DNA of 64,000 nucleotides from Acidobacteriota bacterium. Lineage in GTDB: Bacteria > Acidobacteriota > UBA6911 > RPQK01 > JAJDTT01. The stretch's first letter is position 1; every line of letters begins with the position of its first letter. The position numbers and the translations under genes are program-made. The notes below the pieces were generated by a model, which had not been told where the DNA came from, did no database searches, and saw nothing but the letters and a program-made list of their open reading frames with translations. The DNA is taken from assembly GCA_965209055.1 (NCBI GenBank), contig OZ242374.1:736001-800000 (forward strand). The letters are read 5' to 3'. Of this stretch, positions 11,501 through 21,900 are shown piece by piece.

Positions 11501-11733
11501 TCATCGATCGGGACGGCATCATCAACCAGGATCTGGCTCTGATCAAGAACTGGGCCCTGCCGATGCTACCCACCGAAGAGGGGCGGTTGCAGCTCAGGTT
11601 CGAGTTCTTCAATGCCTTCAACCACCCGAACTTCGGGGGACCGAGCTCCAATATTCAGAGTGCAGCCTTCGGAAGGGTCAGCAGCGCGTTGTTCGGCCGG
11701 GTGATACAAACTGCCTTGAAGGTCTATTTCTGA
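8551..11733 (+). CDS. TonB-dependent receptor with N-terminal carboxypeptidase-regulatory-like domain (Oar-like)
   Basis: Signal peptide; motifs GTITGRVLD..AVVPGA, ELPLNGRGFLQL, FHRNDNLDARSFF and NDFAPRIGFAW; ends LKVYF. Confidence 0.92.
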   Translation: MRRNSLALVLLVAIVLASTGGLRAQAEGSGTITGRVLDDTTAVVPGADVEAVNEATGLRRTGISNEQGVFSFAALPVGSYTLSVEMPGFKKAVVEGIQLEVFAVVDHTLTLQVGEVSDTVLVTAEATVVDRRTAELGTVIGEEMVEELPLNGRGFLQLAGIQAGVQAGDSAPGVAQWAYGPRQTSAAISGTRVSSTSYVFDGIPFKEHFYGAPGALVQVDAISEFKVQKGFFTGRGQTPGVVSVVTKQGTNAISGSAWFFHRNDNLDARSFFDRELGEFRQHQWGFEVGGPVLKDKLFWYVSLEGLNSSRFNTQFLTVPPTRFLQGDFSSLSTPVIDPMTGEPFPNNQIPSNRIHPWARLYMEDGLIPAPNLPGTANNFTGAAPRIQDDTKWIWRGDWQATDNDKVFARVIHSDSQLFDSRINRGANVEYPLYGRNAVVNWTHVFANNLVLDARAGLNRAIMSLAQNLERDTDPIWSERYGIRNINTTRTCNYAPAAGMVSYTRFGGAGNCIVPVNNDLYYMADMSYTQGRHEMTFGMTIIDRFTQQLAASWTQGSFQFSGIITGNDVADFLLGHPENSTGAAAAGANRVSMWWDAYFEDRIRVTPNFSLTLALRYQVHPWLALEVGPEGGNYLDIMDFTRPRGGVIFGGPGSLIDTDFNDFAPRIGFAWTPTANQNFVLRGSYGVFYDETPGNDLAWDSSGPQNAFINNAISRDPKNPIDIATLFKDPPVFDPDNFNEILDMSDPIGYVSLITSKRRSPYLQNWTLSIQNMLPGQVLLETAYVGSTGRKLSQRQELNRPLPQLGAPPFEQERRPWPNIGFNIQDAGAGMSDYNALQVTLRKTGTKLSFLMGYTYAKTTDWDSFGSVTTYRLTDTNNARSDWDMGHRLSFSWNYLLPKMEGQSGLIRNLLGGWQFGGITTLNSGLPITIGMSSDNSNTGSTYNARQPNRLRNGTRGNQDIQQWFNTAAFALNPINTYGNSGRNIIDRDGIINQDLALIKNWALPMLPTEEGRLQLRFEFFNAFNHPNFGGPSSNIQSAAFGRVSSALFGRVIQTALKVYF

Positions 11734-11758
11734 CGCATCCCACTACTGTGGAAAACGT

Positions 11759-11789
11759 AAGGGCGCCCCTCGCGGGCGCCCTTTTTTTG
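11759..11789 (+). terminator. Intrinsic terminator
   Basis: AAGGGCGCCC-CTCGC-GGGCGCCCTT followed by a T-run, directly after the receptor gene. Confidence 0.8.
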
Positions 11790-11802
11790 TAAGGAGGGGC
11801 GT

Positions 11803-12681
11803 TTATCCCCAATCGACGCCTGACCGCCGCATGTAGTCGCGGATGTATGTGAGGGTGTCCTCCTGACCGTGTCCCGCGTCCCGGTACCGGGTCACCAGCG
11901 TTTCCACCAGCGGACCCGCCGCCAGCGGCACGCCCAGGTCCCTGCCCAGTTCGACACACAGACGAAGATCCTTGACCGCCCCGTCCGTCACGAAGTGAAG
12001 CGGTTTGCCGTCCAGGGACAGCTTCATGGTCCTTTCCATGAACGTGCTGTGGCCCATGCTCGGCTTGATGACGTCGAGCAGAATCCGCGGATCCAACCCG
12101 GCCTTCACGCCCAGGGCCATCCCCTCGCAGGCGCCGATGAAGTTGATGTACATGATCAGGTTGTTCACCAGCTTGGCGGCGTGGCCGGAACCGAGCGGCC
12201 CCATGTGGACCACGGTCTTTCCGATGCACCGGAAAAGCGGACGATACTTCTCGAACGCTGCCTTTTCTCCACCGGCGAATACGGTCAACGACGCGTCCCG
12301 CGCACCCCAGATGCCCCCGCTGATGGGCGCGTCCAGGACCTGAATGCCCCTGGAGGCGCCGGCTTCCGCGATGCGGCGCATGATCGCCGGTGAATTGGTG
12401 CTGGTGTCGATGCAGGCGGCTCCCGCGGCCAGACCGGAAAAGACGCCGTTGTTGCCCAGCACGACCGATTCCACTTGCACCGGACCGGGCAGGGACAGCA
12501 GCACCGCGTCGGATCGCTCGGCCGTCTCCGCCGGGCTCGTCGCCCAGACGGCGCCCGCATCCTCAAGATTGCGGGCCTGCTCGCGACGGATGTCGTGGAT
12601 GGTCAGTTCGTATCCGGCCTTCTGCAGGTTGGTTGCCATGGGGTTCCCCATGGCGCCCAGGCCGATGAATCCGACTCTCAT
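11803..12681 (-). CDS. NAD(P)-dependent oxidoreductase, 3-hydroxyisobutyrate/2-hydroxy-3-oxopropionate reductase family
   Basis: VGFIGLGAMG Rossmann motif, LDAPISGG and AKLVNN. Confidence 0.9.
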   Translation of the reverse strand: MRVGFIGLGAMGNPMATNLQKAGYELTIHDIRREQARNLEDAGAVWATSPAETAERSDAVLLSLPGPVQVESVVLGNNGVFSGLAAGAACIDTSTNSPAIMRRIAEAGASRGIQVLDAPISGGIWGARDASLTVFAGGEKAAFEKYRPLFRCIGKTVVHMGPLGSGHAAKLVNNLIMYINFIGACEGMALGVKAGLDPRILLDVIKPSMGHSTFMERTMKLSLDGKPLHFVTDGAVKDLRLCVELGRDLGVPLAAGPLVETLVTRYRDAGHGQEDTLTYIRDYMRRSGVDWG

Positions 12682-12751
12682 ATCCGCACCTTTCTACCGG
12701 TCCCTGTTTCGCGGGGATCACGGCCGGCGTGAAGTCAGGACCGATGTGAAT

Positions 12752-13540
12752 CTACGGCGTGCCGCGCCGATCGCCGCCGTCCATGTAGATGGAACTTCCG
12801 AACATGTAGGAGCAGACTTCCGATGCCAGAAAGGCGACCACATCGGCGATTTCCTCCGGCTCGGCGATACGTCCGGCCGGAAGCCCAAGCCCCAGGTCCT
12901 TGAGAACCTCCTCCACGTCGCGGCCCTCTTTGTCCGCCTTCGCCTGAAACAGATCGCGCGCCCTTTGTGTGTTGGTGAAACCGGGGCAGATGGTATTGAC
13001 CAGGATGCCGTCCCCCGAGACCGCGTCCGAGAGTGCGCGTGTCATGTTGAGGATGGTGATGTTGGCCAGGCTCACCGGAATGTTGCCCTGGGCCGGACTC
13101 GCGCCGGCGCTCCCCGCGATGTTGACGATGCGTCCCCAGCCGCCCCACTTCATGTGAGGGATCACGAGTTGGGACATGCGAAGGTAGCTGTAGCTCTTCA
13201 AACCCAGCGCGTCGTCGATCAATTCGGTGGGAAGATCCAGGATGTCGTGCGCCTGCGCCGCACCGGCGCAATTCACCAGGATATCGACCCCTCCGAACTG
13301 TTCGACCGTCTCGTCCACGACCCGGCGGCACGCCTCCAAGGTCGTCAGGTCCGCCGAAACGGCATATCCTTCGCCTCCCGCCTCGTTGATCTCCCCGACC
13401 GTCTGGTCCAGTAGATTCCGGTCACGGGCCGTGATGCAGACCCGCGCACCCTCGCGGGCAAGCGCCAGGGCACAGCATCTTCCGATCCCGCGATTGCCGC
13501 CGGTGACGATGGCCACCTTTTCTCTTAGTCCGAGGTCCAT
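12752..13540 (-). CDS. SDR family oxidoreductase
   Basis: TGGNRGIG, DILVNCAG, VNTICPG and GRIAEPEEIA. The canonical catalytic YxxxK is not evident. Confidence 0.85.
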   Translation of the reverse strand: MDLGLREKVAIVTGGNRGIGRCCALALAREGARVCITARDRNLLDQTVGEINEAGGEGYAVSADLTTLEACRRVVDETVEQFGGVDILVNCAGAAQAHDILDLPTELIDDALGLKSYSYLRMSQLVIPHMKWGGWGRIVNIAGSAGASPAQGNIPVSLANITILNMTRALSDAVSGDGILVNTICPGFTNTQRARDLFQAKADKEGRDVEEVLKDLGLGLPAGRIAEPEEIADVVAFLASEVCSYMFGSSIYMDGGDRRGTP

Positions 13541-13652
13541 GTGTGTTCCTCAATTGTCAGCTGCGCCGCCGGAAACCAGCCTCGCATGGATTTAAATGTG
13601 TTTATACTCAGATCACCCACTCAGAAATAGTGTATCCGAGTCGCTGGTCTAA

Positions 13653-15551
13653 GTGATCCCCATGCTCCATATCCCGGCAATCGCGGCACTTGCGGGTTTC
13701 CTGCTGTTGGCGCAGGGCGAGCCGGAGAAGGCCCTGAGGCGGGCGGTTCAACTCCAACAGGACGGTGATCTGCAAGGCGCCATCGAAGTGTACCGGTCCT
13801 TGCTGGCCCGTAACCCCGGTCTGGCGGAGGTCCGAGTCAAGTTGGGCAATGCCTACGCTTCGAGCGGCCGGTATCAGGATGCCGTCGCCCAATACGAATC
13901 GGCTATTGAATCCGGCGGTCTCATTGACCCGACGGGCGCCAGATACGCCCTCGGGTGGACCCATTATCGAACGGCCGACTTCGAGAGGGCCAAGCAGATC
14001 CTGGTCCAGGTCGTCGCCGATGGATCGAAGGGCAGGGAAGCCCTTCAGTTGCTGGCCTCCTGCCACTTCAACCTGGGCGAGTGGCGGAAGGTGATCGAAC
14101 TTCTGTCGCCGCTTGAGATGGAATTGTCCCAATCTCCAGCCCTGACCTATCTGTTGGGAGTTGCCCTGGAAGAGGATGGGCGAGAGGAAAAGGGAACGCC
14201 GCTCGTCGAAAACGCCCTGAAAGACACGGACTGGCCGACGTCACGGTTCCGGTCCGAAATGCGCGCAGATTGGCTCAATCGTTTGGCGCGCCGAGGCGGC
14301 AAGTTGATGGAAAACGGAGACTACCCGGGAGCGGCCAGGCACTTGGAAAGAGCCCTCGCGCTCGACCCGCGGGTCCCTTCGTTGAACGCCACGTACGGGA
14401 AGTTGCTCCGGCTCATGAACCGGCACGACACAGCGAACCAGGCCTTCCTGGAAGAACTCAAGATCAATCCCGACGATTACGACGCCAATCTGTACCGCGG
14501 CATCTTTCTCTTTGAGAACGAACAGCAATATGAGGAAGCCCTGGCCCGCTTCGAACGTGCGCTGCGGACGCGGCCGGGCGATGCGGATGCGCGGTTTCAG
14601 ATGGGACTCGTCTACAGCTCCTCCAACCGGATCGAAGAGGCGATCCGAACCGTGAAGAGTGTGGTGGATGAAAACCCCAATTTCCTGGAAGGCCACGTGA
14701 CTCTGGCCGGCCTGTACTTCCGGTTGGGACGGCAGGAGGAAGCCGAACGCCACCGGGTCGCCGCCGAGCGGCTGCGGACCAGCAGGGACGGGCAGCACCT
14801 GATCAAGATGGGACAAATCGCGCAGGCCTCGGAGCTGTTCGAGCGCCAGAAGCAGGCGGATCCGTCCGATCCCGAGCCCTACTTCCATCAGGGGATGGGG
14901 CGTTGGCAGGAGCAGGATTGGCCGGGCGCCGCCGCAGAGTTCAAAGAGGCCGTTCGATTGGATGGCAACAATCCCAAGTACGCCATCTACTATTCGAACG
15001 CATTGGCGCAATCGGGAGCGCACGAACTGGCCCGGCCGGTCCTTGAGTCTCTGGGCCGGGATCGATGGCCGCAACTGAACTCCCGCCAGGCCTGGATTCT
15101 GGGGGACACCTATTTTCAGATGGGAGAGCACGACCGGGTTCTCCAGGTCCTGGACTTCCTGGCCGACCGGGAACCGAAAAACGCGCGCGTCGATCTCATG
15201 CGGGGCCAGATCCATCTCCGCAAGGGAGACTATGAGCAAGCCCGCGCCTCCGCTGAAGGGAGCATCAGAAGGCAACCGGACAACGATCTTGCCTATTCAC
15301 TGTTGGGAACGGCCCGGTACCTGTTGAAGGACATGCCGGGGGCGAAAGAGGCTTTCCTCAAGGCTGTCGAGCGAGCTCCCGACAACCCGAATCATCTGCG
15401 CAAGCTGGGCGCGCTCTACCTGGAGTTGGGAGAGACCGAGCCGGCCATCGAGACTCTTGAGCGAGCCCGGCCCGCCGCCGCCAGATTCCCCAGTATCCAA
15501 CGTCTTCTGGAAAGGGCGTACCGGTCCAGGAAGACCGGTTCAAAGGAATAA
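13653..15551 (+). CDS. Exported tetratricopeptide repeat protein
   Basis: Hydrophobic N-terminus and repeated TPR motifs. The start may be 13662. Confidence 0.85.
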   Translation: MIPMLHIPAIAALAGFLLLAQGEPEKALRRAVQLQQDGDLQGAIEVYRSLLARNPGLAEVRVKLGNAYASSGRYQDAVAQYESAIESGGLIDPTGARYALGWTHYRTADFERAKQILVQVVADGSKGREALQLLASCHFNLGEWRKVIELLSPLEMELSQSPALTYLLGVALEEDGREEKGTPLVENALKDTDWPTSRFRSEMRADWLNRLARRGGKLMENGDYPGAARHLERALALDPRVPSLNATYGKLLRLMNRHDTANQAFLEELKINPDDYDANLYRGIFLFENEQQYEEALARFERALRTRPGDADARFQMGLVYSSSNRIEEAIRTVKSVVDENPNFLEGHVTLAGLYFRLGRQEEAERHRVAAERLRTSRDGQHLIKMGQIAQASELFERQKQADPSDPEPYFHQGMGRWQEQDWPGAAAEFKEAVRLDGNNPKYAIYYSNALAQSGAHELARPVLESLGRDRWPQLNSRQAWILGDTYFQMGEHDRVLQVLDFLADREPKNARVDLMRGQIHLRKGDYEQARASAEGSIRRQPDNDLAYSLLGTARYLLKDMPGAKEAFLKAVERAPDNPNHLRKLGALYLELGETEPAIETLERARPAAARFPSIQRLLERAYRSRKTGSKE

Positions 15552-15567
15552 AACCACCGCCGCGGCG

Positions 15568-17277
15568 CTAGTCCGGCTCCTCGACCCTGAGAATCTGGTC
15601 GGGTTGGACGCCGTTCAATACCTGAACCTTGCCCGACGGCCAGCGGATCTCCAGAGACTCGACGCCTTCTTCCTTCCCCAAACCGAAATGAACCCGACGG
15701 TCCGGCGAGGACATGAGGCCCACCGTCGAGGAAACAAGGTTGTGAAGGGTCCGTCCCGAGGCCGTCCGCAGCAGGACGGAGGCTCCGATGGCGTCCCGAT
15801 TGCTGGCCCGGCCGCGCAGGTCCAGCATCAGCCAGTGGTTTCCGTTGCCGCCCGAATTTTGCAGAATCCTCGGCTCTTGGTTCAGCGACGTAACGACGAT
15901 ATCCAGGAATCCGTCATCGTTCAGATCTCCGAAGGACGAACCGCGCTGGTAGGCGATGCGCATGAAATCCTGGCCCAGGCTCTCGGAGACATCGGCAAAG
16001 GCCGTCCCCTCCAGGTTCCGCAGCATGGTGTCGTGCTGGGCGGTGTCGGGACTCAGGTATTCCAGGCCCCCGTTGGCCGAATAGATGTCCTTCCAACCGT
16101 CGTTGTCGAAATCGATGAACCCGCTCCCCCAGCCCGTGAACCTGCGGCTCAGCTTGGCCACCTGAGTCCGGTAGCTGACGTACTCGAAGAACCGCCCGCC
16201 CCGGTTCTGAAAGAGCCCGTGGAGCTGGTTTCTGAGGTCGTTGTAGAAAATGTCGACCTGTCCGTCATTGTTGAAATCCTTGGCGTCGGCCCCCATGCCC
16301 GAGCCGGCCACCGCCGAACCTTTGTAGGCGACGCCCAGGAAAAACGAGGCTTCCCGAAAGGTTCCGTTTCCCTGATTCAGATAGAGGAAATTCTGCACCG
16401 TGTCGTTGGCGACGAACACGTCCGGACGGCCGTCCTGATTGAAATCGGCAATTCCCAACCCCATGCCCTTGCCCAACGCCTTGTCGAGGCCCGCCTCGCG
16501 TGAGACATCGGTGAACTTCCCGCCGCCCAGATTCCGGTAGAGCGTGTTGGAAACACTCCGGACGGTCTTGGGACTGCAGTAGAACGGAGTGCCGTCGGGA
16601 AACAGGCAGGGCTTGTCGGTCTTGGCATTCCAGAAGGTGTATTGAGAAACGAACAGGTCCAGCAGGGAATCCTGGTCGTAGTCGAACCAGGCGGCGTCCA
16701 CGCTCAACAGGTCTTTCGGCTTGTCGTCGAGGCCCGACCCGATGGTCACGTCGGTGAACGTCCCGTCGCCGTTGTTTCGATACAGGGTGTTGGGTCCGGC
16801 ATTGCCGATGAACAGGTCGCGGTCGCCGTCGTTGTCGTAGTCGCCGGCGGTCACCCCGAAACAGTAGCCCAATCCGGCCCCCGTCAGGCCGGCCTGCCGG
16901 GTGACGTTCTCGAATCTGCCTCCGCCCAGGTTGCGCAGGAGGCAGTTGTGAAACGAGCGATCGGTCTTCTCGACTTCGGGCAGCTTGGCGCCGTTGGTGA
17001 AGAAGATGTCCTGCCTGCCGTCGCCGTCGTAGTCGAAGATGGCCACGCCGCCGCACATGGGCTGGGGAAAGTACTTGCGCCCGGTGAAGTCGTTATTTGA
17101 TTGGTAGGGAATATCCGATTTGGATGCGATGTCGATGAATCGGATGGATCCCGGATCCTCCCCGCGGGCGGCTGTTTCGGACGGGGCACTCAAGACCCAA
17201 ATGAAAGGGGCAGCCAATACCGGAATGAATAGTCGGCTCCACGCCAGGGTCCATCCCATGGGATGCATCGGAGTCAT
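15568..17277 (-). CDS. CRTAC1-family FG-GAP repeat + ASPIC/UnbV protein
   Basis: Repeated DxDxDGxxDLF and LYRNxGxGxFxDV motifs, with C-terminal SNRDAIGA...HFGLG...IRWPSG. Confidence 0.9.
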   Translation of the reverse strand: MTPMHPMGWTLAWSRLFIPVLAAPFIWVLSAPSETAARGEDPGSIRFIDIASKSDIPYQSNNDFTGRKYFPQPMCGGVAIFDYDGDGRQDIFFTNGAKLPEVEKTDRSFHNCLLRNLGGGRFENVTRQAGLTGAGLGYCFGVTAGDYDNDGDRDLFIGNAGPNTLYRNNGDGTFTDVTIGSGLDDKPKDLLSVDAAWFDYDQDSLLDLFVSQYTFWNAKTDKPCLFPDGTPFYCSPKTVRSVSNTLYRNLGGGKFTDVSREAGLDKALGKGMGLGIADFNQDGRPDVFVANDTVQNFLYLNQGNGTFREASFFLGVAYKGSAVAGSGMGADAKDFNNDGQVDIFYNDLRNQLHGLFQNRGGRFFEYVSYRTQVAKLSRRFTGWGSGFIDFDNDGWKDIYSANGGLEYLSPDTAQHDTMLRNLEGTAFADVSESLGQDFMRIAYQRGSSFGDLNDDGFLDIVVTSLNQEPRILQNSGGNGNHWLMLDLRGRASNRDAIGASVLLRTASGRTLHNLVSSTVGLMSSPDRRVHFGLGKEEGVESLEIRWPSGKVQVLNGVQPDQILRVEEPD

Positions 17278-17315
17278 GGTACGACAATCGTTGGTTTATG
17301 CGGGAGTTCCGCAGG

Positions 17316-18884
17316 TTACGGCCGCTGCCGCCAGATCTGGACCAGCTCCCAGTCCACGCCTTCCCTGGCCTGGCCGAAGTTTCCCAGGATGATGTCGGTG
17401 TCGCCGTCTCCGTCGATGTCACCCAGCTCAAGGGTGATGTAGTCGCACGGAATATCGGCCAAAGAGCGGGGTTGGAAGGACCCGGGTCGGGTCTGTTCGT
17501 ACCAGACCACTCCCGGAAGATTGTATCGACGGCGCACCTCCTCGGTCAGATTGGGGAAATAGGAAGCTGCCACCAGGTCGAGATCGCCATCTCCGTCCAG
17601 GTCCCCCGCTTCGGCGCGGAGAGCGCCGTAGTAGACGTCCACGGGGTGATGGGCAAAGGAAAGGTCGCCTTTGTTCTCCAGCCACGACAGCCCATGGTAG
17701 GGCCTCATCTCCGCCATGGCGTCCAGTGTGTCTCCGTGGGTGAAGAGCACATCCAGGTCCCCGTCTTGATCCAGATCGACCATTTCGAGTCCGCTCGAGC
17801 CCCAGTGCGGGTGAGGCGCGACGAAGAGGGTTTTCTTTTCGAAGGTCCCCGGTCCCCGATTGAGGAACGCGACCACCGCTTCGTGTTCCTGCGAGAGCAG
17901 GGCAATGAAGTCGGTCCTTCCGTCCCGGTCGAGGTCCACGATGGGAATGTGAATCGCGCCGGCCCGGTCATCCAGTTCCACGGACCTGAAATCGCCGGCT
18001 CCGAGTTTCGAGGCTTTTTCCGGACCGGACCCGTTTTCCAGATAGTGAATGCCCCCTACGGTCCTCCATCCGAACTCGGCGACGATGACGTCCACGTCCT
18101 GATCCCCGTCAAAGTCTGCTGCCCGGACGTCGGCGACCCTGCCGATCCCGGTAGCCAGACGGTAGACCTCGAATTCACGCTTCCCGGTCCGCCGGAGCCA
18201 AGCCACCGATCCGGTTCGCTGGTCGGTCGGCTTGGGCCATCCGAGATCTGCGATCAGCAGGTCGGTCCTTCCATCCCGATCCAGGTCCACGACCTCCGCA
18301 TGGCAGGGATTGGTGAGTTTGGCGATGGGTCGGAGGTCCATTTGACCGTCATCGGGATCGGTCCAGCTCACCCACCCGGAGATCATGTCGCTGACCACCA
18401 ATTCGGGGCCCTCCAGATCCGGAAACAGTTCCAGGAGCCGGACATTGGCTGCTCCGGGTTGGAGACCGCGAACCTTCCTGCCCGGCAAGAGTCGGCGGTC
18501 GAACTTGAGCTCCGGCCCCCCGCGCTTTGCCGTCCAACGCGGCGTGTCCAATCGGTCAGGCGCCTTCGACCGGAAGTAGGAGGCGACTTGCAGGGCGTCG
18601 ACGTCCCAGATCGGCTTGTTGTGGGATTGCAGGAGGGTGATGTTGGCCAGTTTGAACTTCCTCTGAATCAGGCCGGGCCATTCCTTCTTGGGGAGGATCT
18701 CCGGGGGCGTCCATTCGTGGCACTGGGTACACGCCTGCCGAATCTTCGTTCCCAAGGCTTCCGCATCCGTGGGCTGGTGGAGTTCGGATGAGACCCCGCT
18801 GGCGGAGGGCCGGGCGGGGCTGAGCAAGAAGAGACTCAGGCAGAGAATCGGGAAACAGCCGGCCGAATGACCACGCGACGTCAT
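17316..18884 (-). CDS. FG-GAP/VCBS repeat protein with an N-terminal c-type heme motif
   Basis: Signal-like segment, then CTQCH..PP..LP...W, then DLDRDGRTD repeats. Start moved to 18884 because the longer N-terminus runs through a REP palindrome. Confidence 0.8.
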   Translation of the reverse strand: MTSRGHSAGCFPILCLSLFLLSPARPSASGVSSELHQPTDAEALGTKIRQACTQCHEWTPPEILPKKEWPGLIQRKFKLANITLLQSHNKPIWDVDALQVASYFRSKAPDRLDTPRWTAKRGGPELKFDRRLLPGRKVRGLQPGAANVRLLELFPDLEGPELVVSDMISGWVSWTDPDDGQMDLRPIAKLTNPCHAEVVDLDRDGRTDLLIADLGWPKPTDQRTGSVAWLRRTGKREFEVYRLATGIGRVADVRAADFDGDQDVDVIVAEFGWRTVGGIHYLENGSGPEKASKLGAGDFRSVELDDRAGAIHIPIVDLDRDGRTDFIALLSQEHEAVVAFLNRGPGTFEKKTLFVAPHPHWGSSGLEMVDLDQDGDLDVLFTHGDTLDAMAEMRPYHGLSWLENKGDLSFAHHPVDVYYGALRAEAGDLDGDGDLDLVAASYFPNLTEEVRRRYNLPGVVWYEQTRPGSFQPRSLADIPCDYITLELGDIDGDGDTDIILGNFGQAREGVDWELVQIWRQRP

Positions 18885-18898
18885 GCTCGAGATGGTAG

Positions 18899-18980
18899 CC
18901 AGGAGGGGGGACAGTCTTGTCCCCCATTCCTGTCTCTCCACAATTCCAAGAATCGGCGGTTAGGAAACCGCCGCTCCCAT
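18899..18980. repeat. Inverted pair of REP-like palindromes
   Basis: CCAGGAGGGGGGACAGTCTTGTCCCCC on + and ATGGGAGCGGCGGTTTCCTAACCGCCGA on -, between divergent genes. Confidence 0.7.
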
Positions 18981-18996
18981 CCATATAATCTGCTTC

Positions 18997-21900
18997 ATGG
19001 CCCGGAAAGGCCGAGGCTCGCGGCGCCGACCGAGAAAGAAAAAACGAGTTCGAAGGACCTCGGCGAAGACAAGCTCTCGAACTGCTCCGAAGAAACCGTC
19101 CCCGGACCGGAGGCCCAAGAGCCTCTACCTGGGCTTGGCGGTCCTAGGCGCCATTCTCGCAGCCGGAACTCTCTATTTCTTCAAAGAACGAACTGAATCT
19201 TTTACCCGGAACGTCTGGACCGAGGAGTACACCATCCCTCCCAGGAATCTTCCGCTCGGGGATGTGGAAGAAGCGTTGAAGAAGGTTCCGGAAGGCGCCG
19301 ACGAATGGGATACGGAAGCGCTGGACGTCGAAATCGAGAGCCGGCTCGAGAAGCTGGCCGTTGCGCTCAAGGACACGCCGGATTCCGATTCGTTTCCTTC
19401 CGGGCTGTTGAGCTCCGGATTCAAGGGGACGCCGCTGGAGCCGGCCGCCACCCGGAAGGTCAAGTCCGAAGAGGGGTTGGAGATTCTCCGCGGCGAGGCG
19501 GCCGGCGAGGAGCGTGTCACGGCTGCGGCGTTCCCGTCGGAGGTCGCCAAGCTCCTGCGGGAAGCCGTCCGGATCCGTGATGTGAAATTCAAGGTGACGA
19601 GGATCGAATCGCCCCGGTTTCCAGGATCATCCGTCGTCAGCGACGTCATCTACACCATCGTCGGTCAGGGCAAGGATGGCGAATCCTTGCAGTGGAAGGG
19701 GGACTGGCAACTCAGTTGGCAAAAGGACCGAACGGGCCGCTGGGAACTCTCGCGGCTGAAAGTCCTTGCCGCGTCGCGGGCGAGAAGTGTCGGAAGCGCC
19801 TTCACGGAGGTCACGCATCAAGCGCTGGGAAAGAATGATTCTTACCGGAAGCAGTTGCTTCAGGGAGTCGAGTATTGGCAGGGAGTCCTCGACTATGTGG
19901 CCGGAATGGATGTCTATGGTCACAACGGCGTCGCAATTGCCGATATCGACGGCGACGGCGACGAGGATTTCCATGTCGCCCAGCCGGCGGGCCTGCCCAA
20001 TCTGCTGTTTCGCAACGAGGGAGACGGCACCTTTCTGGACGTCACGGAAATGGCGGGAGTCGACGTCCTGGACAACACGGCCTCCAGTTTCCTGGCCGAC
20101 ACGGACAACGACGGGGACCCGGACCTGATCCTCATCGGGACCAGCTCACTGCTGTTTCAAAACGACGGTTCCGGCCGGTTCAGCCTGGCCAGCGACTCCG
20201 GGTTCGAGGCCATCGATGACACCGACGGCAGCAAAGTGTCCGCCGCCGTGGCCGACTACGACCGGGACGGACACCTGGACATCTACGTCTGCTCATACGC
20301 CTTTTGGCGGGGACAGGAGGAATTGGGCAACTATCCCTTTCCCTACCATGACGCCAACAACGGCGCCCCCAACATCCTCTTGCGGAACCAGGGGAATGGG
20401 TCGTTCCGCGACGTCACCCTCCAATCCGGAATGAACCGGAACAATCTGCGTTACAGCTTCGCCGCGGCGTGGGGTGACTACAACGGCGACCGATACCCGG
20501 ACCTGTACGTCGCCAACGACTTCGGTCGCAACAACCTCTACCGGAACAACGGTGACGGCACCTTCACCGACGTGGCCCGGGAAGCGGGAGTGGAGGACAT
20601 CGGAGCCGGGATGAGCGCGGCCTGGGAGGACTACGACAACGACGGCCGTCTGGACCTCTACGTGGGAAACATGTGGTCGTCGGCGGGTCAGCGGATCACT
20701 TCGTTGCGGCAGTTTCAGAGCCAGCGGCCGCAGGAAGAGGTCCAAAACTATCAACGGCATGCCAAGGGCAACTCGTTGTTCTCCAATCGGGGCGACGGCA
20801 CGTTCGAGGAGGTCGGCGCACAAGCGGACGTGGAGTTGGGACGGTGGGCCTGGAGCAGCGATTTCTTCGACTTCGACAACGACGGTCATGAAGACCTGTA
20901 CGTGGTGAACGGCTTCATCACCAACGAAGACACGAAGGACCTCTGAAGCTTCCTCTGGCGGCAGGTCGTGTCGCAATCGCCATCGGAATCTGCTGTGGCT
21001 TCGGCCCCGCCCGGAGCGCGAATCGGTTCCGAATACCGGAACGGATGGGACGCGGTGAACCTGCTGATCCGGCAGGGCGGTTCCCTGAGTGCGCGCGAGA
21101 CCAATAACTTCTACATCAACTGTGGCGACGGAACCTTCGCCGACGCCTCGGGCATCACAGGGTTGGACTTCCCCGAAGATGGACGGGCCTTCGCCGTGGG
21201 CGACCTCGACCAGGACGGCGACCTGGACCTCATCCTCAAGAATCGAAATTCGCCGCAACTCCGGCTGATGCGAAACCGGTCCGGGAGCAGCTACAACGCG
21301 GCCAGTTTCGACCTCAGGGGCACCCGCAGCAACAGGGACGCCGTCGGAGCGAAGATCACCATCGAGACCGGCGCCGGCTCCAGGTCGAAATTCGTCAAGA
21401 TCGGATCCGGCTTCCTGTCCCAGAGTTCCCGCCGGGTCTGGTTCGGCCTGGGGAACCAGGACGGGATCCGGCAGGCCAGGATCGAGTGGCCCAGCGGGGA
21501 TGTCCAGACTGTTCGCGATCTTCCGGCCAACCACAGGATCGTGATCGTAGAGGGGCGGGACAGGACGGAGACCATTCCGTTTCGGTCTCTCCCGCAAGAT
21601 GACCCCAGGCCGGACGAAGGGGGGAAAGCGCCCGCTGGGGATCCTCCTTTGTACAGCGGAACCTGGTTGCTGGAGAAACTTGCCGCACCCAAGTTCCGGT
21701 TGCCCGGTTTGAACGGAAGGCATCATTCCCTGGGCATGTACCGGGGCCGCCGGGTGTTGTTGAACTTCTGGGCGACTTGGTGTCCGCCTTGCCGGGAAGA
21801 ACTGCGGGACCTGCGATCACATCAGGACGATCTGCGAGACCTCGGCGCCGCGATTCTGGCCATCTCCGTCGATGATCCCTCGGACCGCGCAGAGGTACTG

